64,000 bases of DNA, taken from the NCBI GenBank assembly GCA_002269645.1, contig NIVC01001856.1, forward strand, positions 124,001 to 188,000, written 5' to 3'. The translations under genes were made by a program, and so were the position numbers. Shown here one piece after another: positions 1 through 15,133 of this stretch. Source of the DNA: Macrostomum lignano (Eukaryota). The number at the start of each line of letters is the position of its first letter. Positions within the stretch are counted from its first letter, which is position 1. Under the pieces are notes generated by a model. It was not told the DNA's origin. It searched no databases and saw only the letters and a list, made by a program, of their open reading frames with translations.

Positions 1-226
<226 letters not shown>

Positions 227-1412
227 CTCCCTAGTGACTGTCTGCCTGTATTTGAAAGTCCTGCCACTTTTCCAATGATTATTTTACAAGAACTAACACT
301 TGCTTGGACAAAAAGCTCACATGAACTTTTCGTCTCCATGCCAATTCAGAGGTGGCAGCGCATTGAGCTTGATCTCATTAAATCTATTTGGCTCGATCGC
401 CCTAGTCTAGGCTTCCCACCCTGCCAACCTTCAATTCGTTTTAATCTCGGATTTCAGCGGCAGAGGGAAGCGCACATTTTAATCTCTTTTTATATAAAAA
501 ATATTCTAACAGTTTGGCAGATTTTTCCTGCCGAAATCTATTTTTTTAGGCAAATACGCTGCAGAAACGGACAGAGTTCAGAATGCATTCGGTGAAGGTA
601 GGAGCCTGTTAAAATCAATGTCCCATATTGGTTAGCTGACTGTGTGCAGCAGGAGAGAAGGAGCCGCGGTACGGTAAGGCATGGGAGCGACAGTCAGCTG
701 CGGCCATGGAGTACGGAACTTGAAATCTGGCTGGGGGGATTGCCTGGTTGCCACGCGTAACTGCGTGCTGCGCTACCCCCTGAGGAAGAGGCACAACTCT
801 TTCCTTCCGCTCTCCCTCTCTCCCTCTCCCTCTCTTTCCCGTTTTTAACGGCCAGCAAATTGGGAAGCGGCAGTTCAGTGATAGGGCCAGCCAGCTAGAG
901 GTAAAAAATGTTAAATCAACTGCGCAAGAATCATATGGTTCCGTATTTCGCTGTGGCAAACCTCTCGACTCGCCTGTCCGCCTCGCTTCACGCTTCAGCC
1001 TCCTTGACTTCGGGCAGCTGCACTGATCTGGCCTGAGGCAGGCTGGGCGCCGCTCTCCCTCAACTCCCTCGATTCCTCCCACCCACCCCCTTCTGCAACA
1101 CACACACACGCACGCACACACACTAGCTAAGCCGAATCCCAAAAGTCACAGATCCCACCCACTTTTCCGCGGACACTTTGCCTACTTACACACGTTTCTA
1201 TCCTCGGGGACTTCGGCTCCTCTCTCGCATTCAGCGCCACATAGCAGCAGTTTCATTCCATCGCTTCCCCAGCAGGACTTGCTTAGGAAAATTTGAAGCT
1301 GCTGCTGGACGGACGTCCGATGCTCTTCGAGCGATGCGGAGCGCTCCTTCAGTAGGGCAGCCTCGCTTGTTCTAGAATAGTAGAGCAGCCAGAAAAAGGC
1401 CAACCGGCTTCG

Positions 1413-4400
1413 ATGACGAACGCGTCGGCAGTCGTTTTTGGGTGCGCCATCATCAGCTCTCTGCTGCTGCTGCTCCGACCAGCTTCCGGTGAAATTCGTA
1501 AGTCTGGGATCCCCCCCCCCCGAAAACAAAACCAGCACCTTTCTGAGCCTTCCCGACTTAACAAAAGTCGTCAAGCACTTGAGAGGCTGAATCGGGGACC
1601 TTTGAAAGAATGAAAGACTTTTGATACGGTGAGGGACTTTTGGTACGGACCTTCGACAGCTACAGTGAAGAACCTTCGGGGATTTTGTTGCGATGCAAAA
1701 AATGGGAACTTTACTTCTAAAATTTTCGTTAGGGCTCTTTGTCCCTTCAGTTCGAGGTGAATGTGCATTTTTAATATCCCATACGTTTCTACGCAACCCA
1801 GCCACCATCGGCGATGACGAAGTGAAGCTGGTGAACCTGCTGTTCGAGCACAAAGGCTACAACAGGCTGATCAGGCCAGTGGCCGATTTGAACCAAACTG
1901 TGCAGGTGGACTTTGGACTGGCGATGGTGCAGCTCATCAATGTGGTTCGTGTGGGCCTGTGTTTATGCAGATTTCATGTAGCTTTTTGTAGCTCGTGCGT
2001 GTAGGAACTGGTTGACTAGGTCTGACGTGGCTTTGACGATCATTTCATGTAGGGTTGATGCATGTAGGGTTGATGCAGGTAGGGTTGATGCAGGTAGGGT
2101 TGATGCAGGTAGGGTTGATGCAGGTAGGGTTGATGCAGGTAGGGTTGATGCAGGTAGGGTTGATGCAGGTAGGGTTGATGCAGGTAGGGTTGATGCAGGT
2201 AGGGTTGATGCATGTAGGGTTGATGCAGGTAGGGTTGATGCAGGTAGGGTTGATGCAGGTAGGATTGATGCAGGTAGGATTGATGCAGGTAGGGTTGATA
2301 CAGGTAGGGTTGATACAGGTAGGGTTGATGCAGGTAGGGTTGATACAGGTAGGGTTGATGCAGGTAGGGTTGATGCAGGTAGGGTTGATGCAGGTAGGGT
2401 TGATGCAGGTAGGGTTGATGCAGGTAGGGTTGATACAGGTAGGGTTGATGCAGGTAGGGTTGATGCAGGTAGGGTTGATGCAGGTAGGGTTGATACAGGT
2501 AGGGTTGATGCAGGTAGGGTTGATGCAGGTAGGGTTGATGCAGGTAGGGTTGATGCAGGTAGGGTTGATACAGGTAGGGTTGATGCAGGTAGGGTTGATG
2601 CAGGTAGGATTGATGCAGGTAGGGTTGATACAGGTAGGGTTGATGCAGGCACAGATACTATAAACACTAGATAGGCCACTCAGGCTAATTTTCTGGGCAA
2701 GTTTTTTATTCTACTTTCTGCTTAGTAGCAATGAAAGGAAGCAACAGTATTATTTGCTAAGTTAGACAAATCGAGCGACTGTTCTTGAGACATCGTTTGC
2801 TATAAGATCGTCATAGACAACTAACTTGTTTTGGGCAGTAAGGGTGTACATTAAGACGCGACAGTGTACAATTCCGCTTATCTTTTAAGTTTTAAAGTGG
2901 ATGAAGGGGTAGTCTGAAATGGGGTTGATATCGGTTTCGTATAAGGCAGGGTGAGAGGATCGATAATTTAGGCGCACTGGTGGTGGGATAGAAAACCAAG
3001 GACTGCACATAGCTAGCCTGGGTTAGGGGTGGGGTTTGAGAGGTTGGGGGTTAGAAATTTTGGGGCTGGCGAATCGTGTTTAAATACAAGCTTATATTGA
3101 TAAACAGGAAAAGAGTCAAGAGTTAATGAAAGTACTAGCTTTTCTATCTCGTAGAAATGTCATTTGATTCGAACCACTGCTGTGCTCCCACTTGCACGAG
3201 CTCTGTGCTATCACCACCCGAGAAAGGAAATCCGGTGCGAATGCATAGATTTCCGAAAGATGAAACTGTGGCGAAGCGCTGGCAGCAGCTATTGGAGCTG
3301 GATATTGACCTCCAAACAATATGGTCACGGGGCCTACGTGTATGCAGCTTGCACTTTACGGACGAGGCCTACAACTGCCCTAAAAAGCGCCACGAACAAG
3401 ACACCCGTCTTCGCTGGGACGCAATCCCACACCGAGAGCTGGTGCTGCCTCGGCTCGTTCGAATAGACCAACTACCCTCTGTGCAAAGAACTGATGATGA
3501 AGCTGACAACATGTACCCTCCAGTGCTGGAGCCAATTAGCGATCTGCCCGCAGCCGAGCCTGCGACCTGCCTGCTGCCAGTGCAGTGGCAGAGCAACAGT
3601 CGGCTACCAGATGCTGCACCGAGAATAGCTGTTGCTGCTGAGAGCTCTCACCTCTGCAGCCGATTCCAAGCACGAGAGGCAACGATAAAGCGACTGCAGC
3701 GGCGATCCCGAAAGCGACAAGCGATGATCAAACGGCTGCAACAGCAACTCTCGATGGCCAAGGCAAGTGCAGCGCAGTCGTGCATTCGTGGTCGACTGGG
3801 CTCTCGCAGTCGGGGGGTGCGCTGGTCGAAGGATGTCATCAACAGATCATTGCAGCTGCACCACAAGAGCCCTGCTGCTTATCGGCTGTTACGAAACCAC
3901 TGGGGATTGGCTCTGCCATCGAATACATCCTTGAAGAGGCGCATTCGCCAGTTTTTTCCATCTGTTGGGCCGTGTCGCTTGACACTTCAGTTGTTAAGCA
4001 GCCAGCTGAATGCTGGCCCTGAACAAAGACGACTGGCGACCCTGTGCTTCGACGGCATAAGCTTGTCACCCAGCGTGCGGTACGACTCGAACGCTGACAG
4101 AGTAGTCGGCTTCGACGACCGGACAGTCGGGGCACTGAGGGAGTGTACCAGCAGGCAGCAGCAGCAGGAGCAGCAGCTGAAGCCAGTGAACGAGGCAGTA
4201 GTCGCCGTGCTGCGAGGTGTTGCGCAGGACTGGAAGCAGCCGATCGCCCAATATCCCGTGAGCCACACTCTCGGACAGTCCGGGTTCAAGGCCGCCATCG
4301 CCGAGTGCTTGCGCGCCAGTCACGAGGCCGGAGTTCGGGTTGTTGCTCTAGTTGCCGACCAGGAATCAACGCAGTGGGCTCATCTGAGCAGGCAGGCAAG

Positions 4401-7400
4401 CGCGGCAGCACCGTTCTTACAGCATCCGGTTACACAGGCCCCTGTGTACGTGATGATTGACGTGCCACATTGCCTGAAGAACACCCGTAATGCCCTAATG
4501 AAAAATGACATTGAGTTTGACGGCCAGAAGCTCGCGAAATGGCATCACCTACTCAGCTTCTACGAGGTCGACTGCAGCCGATCGCTACGACTTGCAGTTC
4601 GTTTGAGCGATGCTCACTTTAACCTACAGCTGGGACAGAAGATGCGGGTCTCTCTCGCAGCGCAGATTTTTAGCCGTTCCGTCGCCAGCGGCATCAAGAC
4701 ACTCGTACACCACCAAGTGATGAAGGCTGACGCCCTGCAGACCGCCGAGTTCGCTGAGAGATTGAATGACGCGTTCGATCTGCTGAACTCATCACACTCC
4801 TTCGTCAAAGGCACAAAGCAGCCGATTCGTCGTGAGTCGTTGGTGGACCAAATGGAGCAGCTGCGAAAAGTGGAGAATTTTGTGAAAAGCTGGCGCTTCC
4901 TTCCGCACACCGGCAGAGCTGCGAAGGCGACCATGAATTTCAAGGAGGGCTGGCTGTTGTCAATTTCTGCGATTCGCTGCTTGTCCGCTCAGTTAATTCA
5001 GAACGAAGGCTTCGAGTACGTCTTCACGCGACGGTTCTCGCAGGATCATGTTGAGGTGAGCTTCGCATCAGCTGTGCATATTATGTGTTGCTCGTATTTT
5101 TCGGTTCTTCGAGATTCTTTATGATTAGCTAATTTAGCTTCTTGAAATTTCACTTTTTCAAAAACGCAATTTTACTCCTCGGAAAGGCAGTAAATGTAAA
5201 TCATACTTTCAGAGTGCACCGAGTAGTACAATTTTAGCAAAGTGAAACGCCATCCCTTTTCAGAATCTCTTCAGCATCCTTAGAGGGCGCAACGGGTTCA
5301 ATGAAAAACCCGAACTGTCAGCTTTCATTGGCGCCCTGAGATCAGTAGCGGCTGGTGGGCTCTCTAAGCCGGATTCATCGGCTAGGAACTGTGAGGATGA
5401 CGGCTGCTCAGCTGCGATCTCAGCTTCCGGCGCATCAGCTTGCGCATCAGTAGGACGAGACGACAGCACTGCTGCAACCAGTGACTGGACACCGCCGAGT
5501 GAAGCCTCTGGCAGCAATTCAAACGAAGCAGCCATCCCGCTGCTGCACGAACCGATGGAAGGCCTGGCTACTGTCCAAGACGATGCAGTACTGAACGAGG
5601 CCACTGAATACGTAGCTGGTTACGTGCTGAAAAAGAGTGGCGTATTGGACTGCAGCAACTGCAGGGCGGAGCTGACAGTGTCAGATCCGTCTGGCTGTCA
5701 CATGCAGCACAAGCGTCTGCCCCACGCAGTCATCGGCCTCACGCATCCTTCACCTGCGGCTTTGGGCGAGTTCTGCAAGATGGAGGCTGCCTTCGTTGCG
5801 CAATCGCACAGTTTTATTGTGCAGCCGCAGGTAGCTAAACGATTGGCTGCTGTGTTCACAGCTGCTGCAGCAGTTGCACTGCCGGCTTGCAGCTCACACG
5901 CTGCACATGTGCAGCGTCAGGTATGCAGCACGTTTGCACAGCTGCGACTGCATCATTGGTGCCGCTGCGAGATGAGAAGCCTGCGAGCAGCGGCGAGCAG
6001 GAGCAGCACGCTGCGAAAGTTTCACAAACTGCGATGAGCTGATTAATTGATGAGAAATCATTCTATCTAGATAAACGAATATGGAGTATATAATAGCTTG
6101 TATTTGCTAAGTATAGTTAACAGCAATAATATGGCCGTCAATGCAATCTAAAGCATTCACACTATTGCTTTTTGTCGTAGAAAGTATAGTTAAAAGTTTA
6201 TTTTTGCTAATAATATCATAATACAATTGCTGCATTGTATTCATCTTGGTTTTTAATTTTTTAAATATAAAAAACGCTAAAATGTTTTATCACTACTAAG
6301 CAGAAAGTAGAATAAACTGTCGTGTTGTGAAAATTAGCCTGAGTGGCCTATCTAGTGTATATAGTATCTGTGGATGCAGGTAGGGTTGATGCAGGTAGGG
6401 TTGATGCAGGTAGGGTTGATACAGGTAGGGTTGATGCATGTAGGGTTGATGCAGGTAGGGTTGATACAGGTAGGGTTGATGCAGGTAGGGTTGATGCAGG
6501 TAGGGTTGATGCAGGTAGGGTTGATGCATGTAGGGTTGATGCAGGTAGGGTTGATGCAGGTAGGGTTGATGCAGGTAGGGTTGATGCAGGTAGGGTTGAT
6601 GCAGGTAGGGTTGATGCAGGTAGGGTTGATGCAGGTAGGATTGATGAAGAAAAGATTGGAGTAGGTTTTTGTTTTGAAGTAGGTCTGATGTGAAATGGAT
6701 TCAAATTAGATGCTTTTTAAATGAAGCAATGATTTGGTTTTGGTGCTCGAGCGTAGGTCTAATTTAAGTTAGCAAATTTCGATTTCTTCTCGTCGCCTCG
6801 CCATAACTCTTAGCTACTCTTAGCTACACTTTTTACAATTGCAGGAAGAGAAGGCCCAGATTCTGAAGAGTAACGTCTGGCTTAGAATGGTAAGGCATTG
6901 GGGGGCCGGGTGGCTGTAGCCCAGTGGTCCAGCGAGGCGCTCTGATGTGCCAGCGGCCCAGGCTCGATTCCAGGCTCGGCAGTCGCATTATTTGGGGCTG
7001 AATTGGAATCTCGGCTTGGCTCTGCTTGTGCAGTTAACTGTAATGCAGGCCAACCCCCAAGGCACAGTGATGCCTAACGATAAATGAAGTTTGGGCCGCT
7101 GTACACTCCTGTGTGAGTGTGTGCCTGTGCGTATGACTGCGTACGTATCCGCGCGCTTGTGTGCCTGCTCAGGGGAGTCGGCGGAATGGGCAGCAATGCC
7201 TCTCGCCGGTTGTGTGACAATTTCGCTTAAAGTGCTCACAGCCCCTGCCCCTAACTAAACTAACTAATGGTAAGACATTCAAGTCCATAACCAACTAACT
7301 TTCGATTTTGGTGAGAACATTTTTTGCTAAACTGACTGGCACGAGCCATCCTTAAAGTCGATTTGCAAAAACTGAAAGCATTCCCAGTATTTATAATTCA

Positions 7401-10400
7401 ATTTTTACTCTCTCAGATGTGGAACGACTATCAGCTGCGCTGGGATCCGGCAGACTTTGGCGGAATTCAAGTGATCAGACTCAACCCGGACAAGATATGG
7501 AGGCCGGATATTGTTCTGTATAATAAGTAAGAGCTATACGAGTATATCGTATGAAGAGCCAATATTACTAACTCATTTACGAGCCTATCAGCGATCTATA
7601 AGCTCTAATGAACCAAGCTAGCAGAAAATAGTAAAAATCATAGAAAATTTTTTTATAATCCACACTCAGTAATAGTCAAAACCGCTACCCTACCTGAGTG
7701 AGTGAGTTACGTCACTTGCCGGTTGAGGTGAGAAAGAAGTCGCCTCTCACGGTAGGGTGGCGGTTTTGACTGTTGCAGAGTGTATTTGTTAGAAAATACG
7801 CTTTAGAGATTAGTAAACTGAGCTAGTCTGTTTCCCGGGGGGCGGCTGTGGGTGCTGCTGCAACTTCTACATGGTAACAAACGCAGTTACGTTCATTCCA
7901 ATGAGTAAAAGTAAAAGTACAAGTACAAATACAAGTACAAGTATAAGTACAAGTACAAGTACAAATACAAGTACAAGTATAAGTACAAGTACAAGTACAA
8001 GTACAAGTACAAGTACAAGTTTAAGTGCAAGTACAAGTACAAGTACAAGTACAAGTACAAATACAAGTAAAATTACAAGTACAAGTACAAGTACAAGTAC
8101 AAGTACAAATACAAGTAAAATTACAAGTACAAGTACAAGTACAAGTACAAGTACAAGTACAAGTACAAGTACAACGATATCATATGTCTTCTTTGGTCGC
8201 TTTTAGAAAACTGAAAATATAGACCTTTTACTACGATTTTTGAGGGGTTACCGAGTTTTACACGTTGAAAACAAAGTATTGTATTTGTTGAGACTATGCC
8301 TTATGGGGGCTTATTGAATCGGTTCAACCCACGGGGGCCGTGGCACAGTGGTCACAAATTGGAATCTCGGCTTTCCTCTCCTCATGCAATTAACGCCCTT
8401 GAGGACCGACCCCCAAGGCGCAGTGATGCCTAACGATAAATGAAGTTAGGGTTGCTGTACACTCCTGTGTGAGTGTGTGCCTGTGCGTATGACTGCGTAC
8501 GTATCCGCGCGCTTGTGTGCCTGCTCAGGGGAGTCGGCGGAATCGGCAGTAATGCCTCTCGCCGTTTGTGTGACAATGTCGCTTGAAGTTCGCCAGGGTG
8601 CACACAACCACCTGTCTCTGATAAATAACATCATATTGATAGACACGTTCACCCCGCATGTGGCAGCGCCGACGGCCGCTACGAGGTCTCCTGGGAGCCG
8701 AACGCGCTGATATTCAGCACCGGCACGGTGCTGTGGATCCCGCCGGCCATCTACCAGAGCTCCTGCACCATCCACGTCAGGTACTTTCCCTTCGACCAAC
8801 AGGAGTGCGAGATGAAGTTCGGCAGTTGGACTTTCGACGCAACGCAGGTAGAAAGAAACGTTTAGCTGTATTGAAAAATGAAAAAAGCATCAAGGGGAAA
8901 GAGATGAAACAGATTCTTCAGTTGCTAGGGCTGCCCAAGTGGCGGAGCGGTGTGAGTGATGACGCGCCCAGCAACAGGCGGGAAAGTGCAGGGACTTCCC
9001 TGTCCTGACCAGCTGCTGCCCGGCTGATCGATGGCAATCGAAAAGCGGCTGCAGGGATCGATTAGCGACAGTCGGGGCAGGCTTGGGACACTGCAGAGCA
9101 CAGCTCTCACGCGGCCGGCATGTTTGCTGAGAGGAATCGGAATGAGCAACCAAATTAGCGCGGAGTTGGGTATTCTTGAACTGTGCCGCTGGCCTCTGTG
9201 CGAGTCTTTTAATTGTGCCCAGCTGGAGATTTTAGACTCCTGGAGTGCCCCAAATTATGGGTTCTCTTCAAGCACCATAGTTTTGATGCGAAAGTGGCAT
9301 TGAGTCTGAGCTTAAATCCTAAGCTTAAGGCTTGAATCCCGGGAGCTCACAGATAGAGAGCACATGGACGACTTAAGTAAGGTGTCGAAGGGACGCAAGG
9401 GATTGAGCGCGCATTTTGAAACTGCTCCACGTGACACAAGCGCGAATTTCAACTGCTTGACTCTGGAGCAAGAGCGCATCTGAATGCAACTTGAGCTCGA
9501 GTGATTTATGGCGTGGATGTTTTATGGCTATCTTGATGATTTAGCCCCTCCCCTCAAGTGAGCGCAGTTCCAGTGAATACAGAATATTCTCGAGGCTACG
9601 GGTCTAACGTATGAGGCTAGATAGGAGGGTCGCTAGTCAGGCAGGTGATGTACATCTTTTGTAGTCCTAAATGTGCGATGAGTACCGACAATTGTCTGCG
9701 TGCTTCTGCTCGTGCGCGTTTATGTCGAGCGCTTTTTCAGCCCTCCCGCATCTAACACCCATCCATCCCATCCTTCAACAGGTAGTGCTCGGGCTGTACG
9801 AGAACTCTCGCGTTGTGGACCTGAACGACTATTGGCGCTCCGGCTCCTGGGACATCATCGACTGTCCGGGCAACATTAGCATCATCGAGAAGGCCGGCCA
9901 GCCGCCGCAGACGATGATCATCTACAAGCTGTCCATCCGGCGGAAGACCCTCTTCTACACAGTCAACCTCATCATTCCCTGCGTACTCATCTCTTTCCTC
10001 AGCGTGTGCGTATTCTACCTGCCGGCCGACGCTGGCGAGAAGATGACCCTGTGCATCTCCATCCTGCTGGCCCTGGTCGTGTTCCTGCTGCTGGTCAGCA
10101 AGATGCTGCCGCCGACCTCAATCTCGATCCCCTTGATATCCAAGTTCCTGCTGTTCACATTCATTATGAACATCTTCACCATCGTGTTCACCGTGATCAT
10201 CATCAACTGGAACTTCCGTACGCCGAGGACGCACAAGATGCCTCGCTGGGTGCGCGGCTTATTTCTGAAATTTCTGCCCAGGCTGCTGCTGATGAAGCGG
10301 CCGGAGCACATCGACCAGGAGGAGCGGCGCGAGCTCAGCATGGACAAGCTGGGCGAAGGCGGCGGCGGCGACGGCGGCTGCCGTCAAAGGCGACTCCGCG

Positions 10401-12023
10401 GCGGCATCAGCAGCGGTGCTGTCCGGGTCTGCGGCAATGGCGATGCAGCAATAACTGCGAGCAGCGCCGGCGATGAGGAAGTCTCTGACTCCGAGGAGGC
10501 TGAAGTCGAGCCGGATGGAGACAGCGAGGTAGAGACTGGTGAGACGCGGCGACGAGGGCGACGGCGAGGTCTAGCCGGGCTGGAGGTGACGCCGGAACTG
10601 CGCAGAGCCATCGCAGCCATCAACTTCATCTCTACGCACCTGCGCGTTGAGGACGAATACAAGAGGGTTCGTTTTTTTCCTACTGCTTCTTTTGTAGAAG
10701 AGGTCGAGGTTGAGTTGTGCTCAAATGTCTGGATCAGCCTTTTACTATCAGCTCCGTTTTTATTCGAAAGCAGAGCAGCTAAGCGGTAAACGCGTCCGAC
10801 CCTCGAGCAACGACCCCTGGTTCGAATCCGTGCGCGGTCACATTCATTTGGGGCAATTGTGCACGGAAATTGGCCTGGGGTTGTCGTACGATTCACAGCC
10901 ATGAGGGCCAATCCCCATAGAGTCGATTAGAAAGCCAGGGCCGCTGTGCACCCTGTGTGAGCGCGTGTATGAGTGCGTGCCTGCGTACAGCATTGGCGCG
11001 CTTGCATGTGCTCAGGACTCAGCGGAATGGGCTGAATTGCCTCGGTGTGTGAGATGATGTCGCCGAAAGAACATCCGTTTGAAATCACTTTTTGAAAAAT
11101 TATTTTTTATCTTTCGCATCTTGTCAGTTGTCAATTTTATTAACAGAATTGCTTCATTTTCAAACATTTTTTCATCAGTTTCCGTCATTTTCATAAATAT
11201 GCTTATCATTTACCATCTTTCATAATCTGATAATCACTAGCTACTGTATCTTTTACTTGCCTTATGGCTTTATTTGATCAATAATTACTAACTAGTAATC
11301 ATACATCTTTTTTCAATTTTTATTTACCATCGATTATTCATTCCTTATTATTTACGATTTATGAGTTGCGAAATGTGCATTATGATTTGTGATTTATGAG
11401 TTATGATTTATGATGTATGCTTTGTGCTTTTTGATTTGTGATTTGTGGGTTATGATTTGTGATTTATGAGTTATGATTTATGATCTATGCTTTGTGCTTT
11501 TTGATTTGTGATTTGTGGGTTATGATTTGTGATTTATGAGTTATGATTTATGATCTATGCTTTGTGCTTTTTGATTTGTGATTTGTGGGTTATGATTTGT
11601 GATTTATGAGTTATGATTTATAATCGATGCTTTGTGCTTTTTGATTTTTGATTTGTGATTTGTGGGTTATGCTTTGTGCTTTTTGATTAGTGGTCTGTGA
11701 TTTGGATCAATGATTTAGATTCATAATTTATGATTTGTGATTTGTATTTATGATTTTTGATTCATTATTTATGATGCATGCTTTATATTTAAAAATGTTA
11801 TGATTAATGATTTATTATTCAATCCGCGCTCCGAAACTGCCAGGTGCTGCAAGACTGGAAGTACGTGGCCTCGGTGATCGATCGCATTCAGCTGGTGATC
11901 TTCAGCTCGGTGACTCTGGTCGGCACAATCGCCATTCTGCTCAACGCGCCTTTCATACTGGAATTTGTCGACCAGGGCGCCATCATTGAGAAGCTGATAG
12001 CGGCGCAGAAGGCCGAGTCCTGA
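1413..12023 (+). CDS. Nicotinic acetylcholine receptor subunit, non-alpha (Cys-loop cation channel); exons 1413-1488, 1802-1944, 6845-6889, 7417-7526, 8667-8847, 9782-10666, 11844-12023
   Basis: Signal peptide [25 protein letters not shown]; YNRLIRPV; [14 protein letters not shown]; Cys-loop [24 protein letters not shown]; TM1-3 with [23 protein letters not shown]; TM4 [14 protein letters not shown]. All junctions GT..AG and in frame, including the 45- and 110-nt exons typical of nAChRs. No vicinal CC in loop C. Confidence 0.95.
2046..2649. repeat. 15-bp minisatellite (GTTGATGCAGGTAGG)n, left part, nAChR intron 2
   Basis: Tandem 15-mer; the same array resumes at 6373 after the P element. Confidence 0.97.
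2650..6372 (+). mobile_element. Full-length P-element/THAP9-type DNA transposon (3723 bp)
   Basis: ~80-bp imperfect TIRs (CACAGATACTATAAACACTAGATAGGCCACTCAGGCTAATTTTC... at 2650; reverse complement ends at 6372); 8-bp TSD GATGCAGG at 2642-2649 and 6373-6380; internal transposase. Confidence 0.95.
3157..6037 (+). CDS. P-element (THAP9-like) transposase, ~890 aa; exons 3157-5055 and 5264-6037
   Basis: N-terminal THAP zinc finger (CCAPTC...HRFP...W...RVCSLHF...AIP); [36 protein letters not shown]; splicing GTGAGC(5056)..TTTCAG(5263) gives SQDHVE|[13 protein letters not shown] and runs in frame into ORF 5555..6037 with no stop. Confidence 0.92.
6373..6646. repeat. 15-bp minisatellite, right part
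   Basis: Same unit as 2046-2649. Confidence 0.97.
6900..7265 (+). mobile_element. tRNA-derived SINE, full-length copy with 14-bp TSD
   Basis: A-box-like TAGCCCAGTGG, B-box-like GGCTCGATTCC; body shared with copies at ~8333 and ~51108; (ACTA)n tail; TSD AATGGTAAG(G/A)CATT at 6886-6899 and 7266-7279. Confidence 0.85.
7663..7782. mobile_element. Tc1/mariner-type MITE (~120 bp)
   Basis: ~32-bp imperfect TIR CACTC(A/T)G(T/C)AA(T/C)AGTCAAAACCGC(T/C)ACCCTACC; TA at the right flank; TIR resembles that of the Tc1 derivative at 21725. Confidence 0.7.
7915..8172. repeat. (AGTACA)n hexamer repeat, nAChR intron 4
   Basis: Tandem AGTACA with variants; source of the STST/QVQV ORFs. Confidence 0.95.
8333..8610 (+). 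mobile_element. SINE copy (head partly deleted)
   Basis: Near-identical to 7000-7230 (CCCCCAAGGC.CAGTGATGCCTAACGATAAATGAAGT...GCGCGCTTGTGTGCCTGCTCAGGGGAGTCGGCGGAAT). Confidence 0.85.
10770..11075 (+). mobile_element. Diverged SINE subfamily copy, nAChR intron 6
   Basis: B-box GGTTCGAATCC; 3' core GGGCCGCTGTGCACCCTGTGTGAG...GCGCGCTTGCATGTGCTCAGG...GCGGAATGGGC homologous to the other SINE copies. Confidence 0.7.
11380..11770. repeat. GATTT-rich degenerate repeat with ~70-bp higher-order period
   Basis: TATGATTTGT recurs at 11451, 11521 and 11591. Confidence 0.85.
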
Positions 12024-13482
12024 GTTAAGGTGTTAATTTAGGCCAAACGGCTGATCCATGCACTGTGAGTACAAGCCTAATTCAAGTTTCATTTGAAATG
12101 TGCACCAATTACCTCTGACACGCTTAAGCTGAGTAGTGCAGCTACCTATATTTAATTAGCTAGAAGTACTTTTTGCGGCTTAAAAAGCCTCTTGCACAAA
12201 TGTACATCATGTTTATAGCTATTTGCGCAAACAATTTGTACTCTTTGCACTAAATCAGTTGGTAGCGGGTACATATTGCTGGGCACCCAAACTTGCAATT
12301 TAAGGTCACAGAGTTTTGTCAAAGGCTGAGGGCCTAGCATAGCTCAAGAAGACGACTTTGACGCAAGGACTACTCAAGTACAAGGACGGGAAACAACGTT
12401 TCTTAGGAAAAGTTAGGGAGGCTGGTTTTCGCCGAAAAATACACTACGGAGATTTCATTTTCATTTTTTTCAGCACAAGTTTCATTTTGTTATTGCTTTC
12501 TATAAAAGGCAGACCCAATGTTCATCTTTTGATATGTTGTGCCTTTCTTATAGCTCTATTGATAATTTGATATTTATAAAACCAGTCTCCTTAACATTTT
12601 GTAAGAGACGTGCTTTGATAATGCTCATCAACTCGTTTATAATATAAATTACAAGTTTGGATGTCCAATCCTTGGCTCGCTGGTTTCTCGGTCAGAAACG
12701 TTGCGTGTTGTCTATGGCCAAAACCGAGTTAGCTTTATTATTAGCTAGGGTAAACTACTTGAAGTAGCTTAAACTCGAGTACATTAAAGAGTTAGGAAGC
12801 GGTCTCATGAAGTCTTCAAATTTTGCTGCGATTTTGTCCCTCAATAATTACTGTTTCGAATGCATTCTACTCCGCATGCAATTGTGCTCTAGCTGTCCTC
12901 AACTCCTCGCACAGCTAATTTGAGAATTGTTGCAATTGTTTTGCTGCATTTCTAAATATGCGAACTTTGTCCAAATCAAAATCTGATTCAAAAGTGCTAA
13001 AAACAGTGCGTTCAAAAATTTCAGATTATGTTTCTAATAATTTTATATTGTCATTAGCTTATTATATAGAATGCTGTTTCTGATAGCTCCGCAATAATAA
13101 GGGGTATCTTGTTTCCATGGCACCATATATTCGAACTAGGCTTGAAAAGTACACGTTAATGATTTGGAATCGCTATAAAACCTGGATTTTTCACCTGTTC
13201 AATTGTTGATAGAGACTTGTGCCCAGAATGTGTTGGCATTATATTGTTGAAAAATAAAAGTGCACAACAGAATTCGATCGGGTGCTCAATGTTGAAGCTC
13301 AAAGCACCTCGTAGATTATATTTGGTTCAGGTGAAACCGGTATACAGGATGTCTAATGCTGTCACCAATGAAGTCCACAATCTTTATGAATGATTCCCAG
13401 CAACCTTGACGGTATGACAGTTATAGCAATAATTTAAGGAATCATGCAGAAGTTTGTTTCTACAAAGAAGCAAACAAATGAC

Positions 13483-13612
13483 ACAGGGGATCACAGGGAA
13501 TCACAGGGGATCACAGGGGATCACAGGGGATCACAGGGGATCACAGGAGATCACAGGGGATCACAGGAAATCACAGGGTATCACAGGGGATCACAGGGGA
13601 TCACAGGGGATC
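13483..13612. repeat. 10-bp minisatellite (GGGGATCACA)n
   Basis: Tandem array just 3' of the MIOX stop. Confidence 0.93.
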
Positions 13613-13662
13613 ACATTAAGCCACAATAATTCACTGACAAGGTGAGCTTACACCCGAAAGTG

Positions 13663-15133
<1,471 letters not shown>

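Noticed and set aside
615-1853. ORFs 615..1142 and 1182..1853 (minus)
   Set aside because: No recognisable motifs; they lie over the nAChR upstream region, exon 1 and intron 1 in antisense.
1963-2679. Long ORFs of LPAST/RVDAG/MQVGL repeats (also 6296-6704)
   Set aside because: Translations of the 15-bp intronic minisatellite; open in several frames only because the unit lacks stops.
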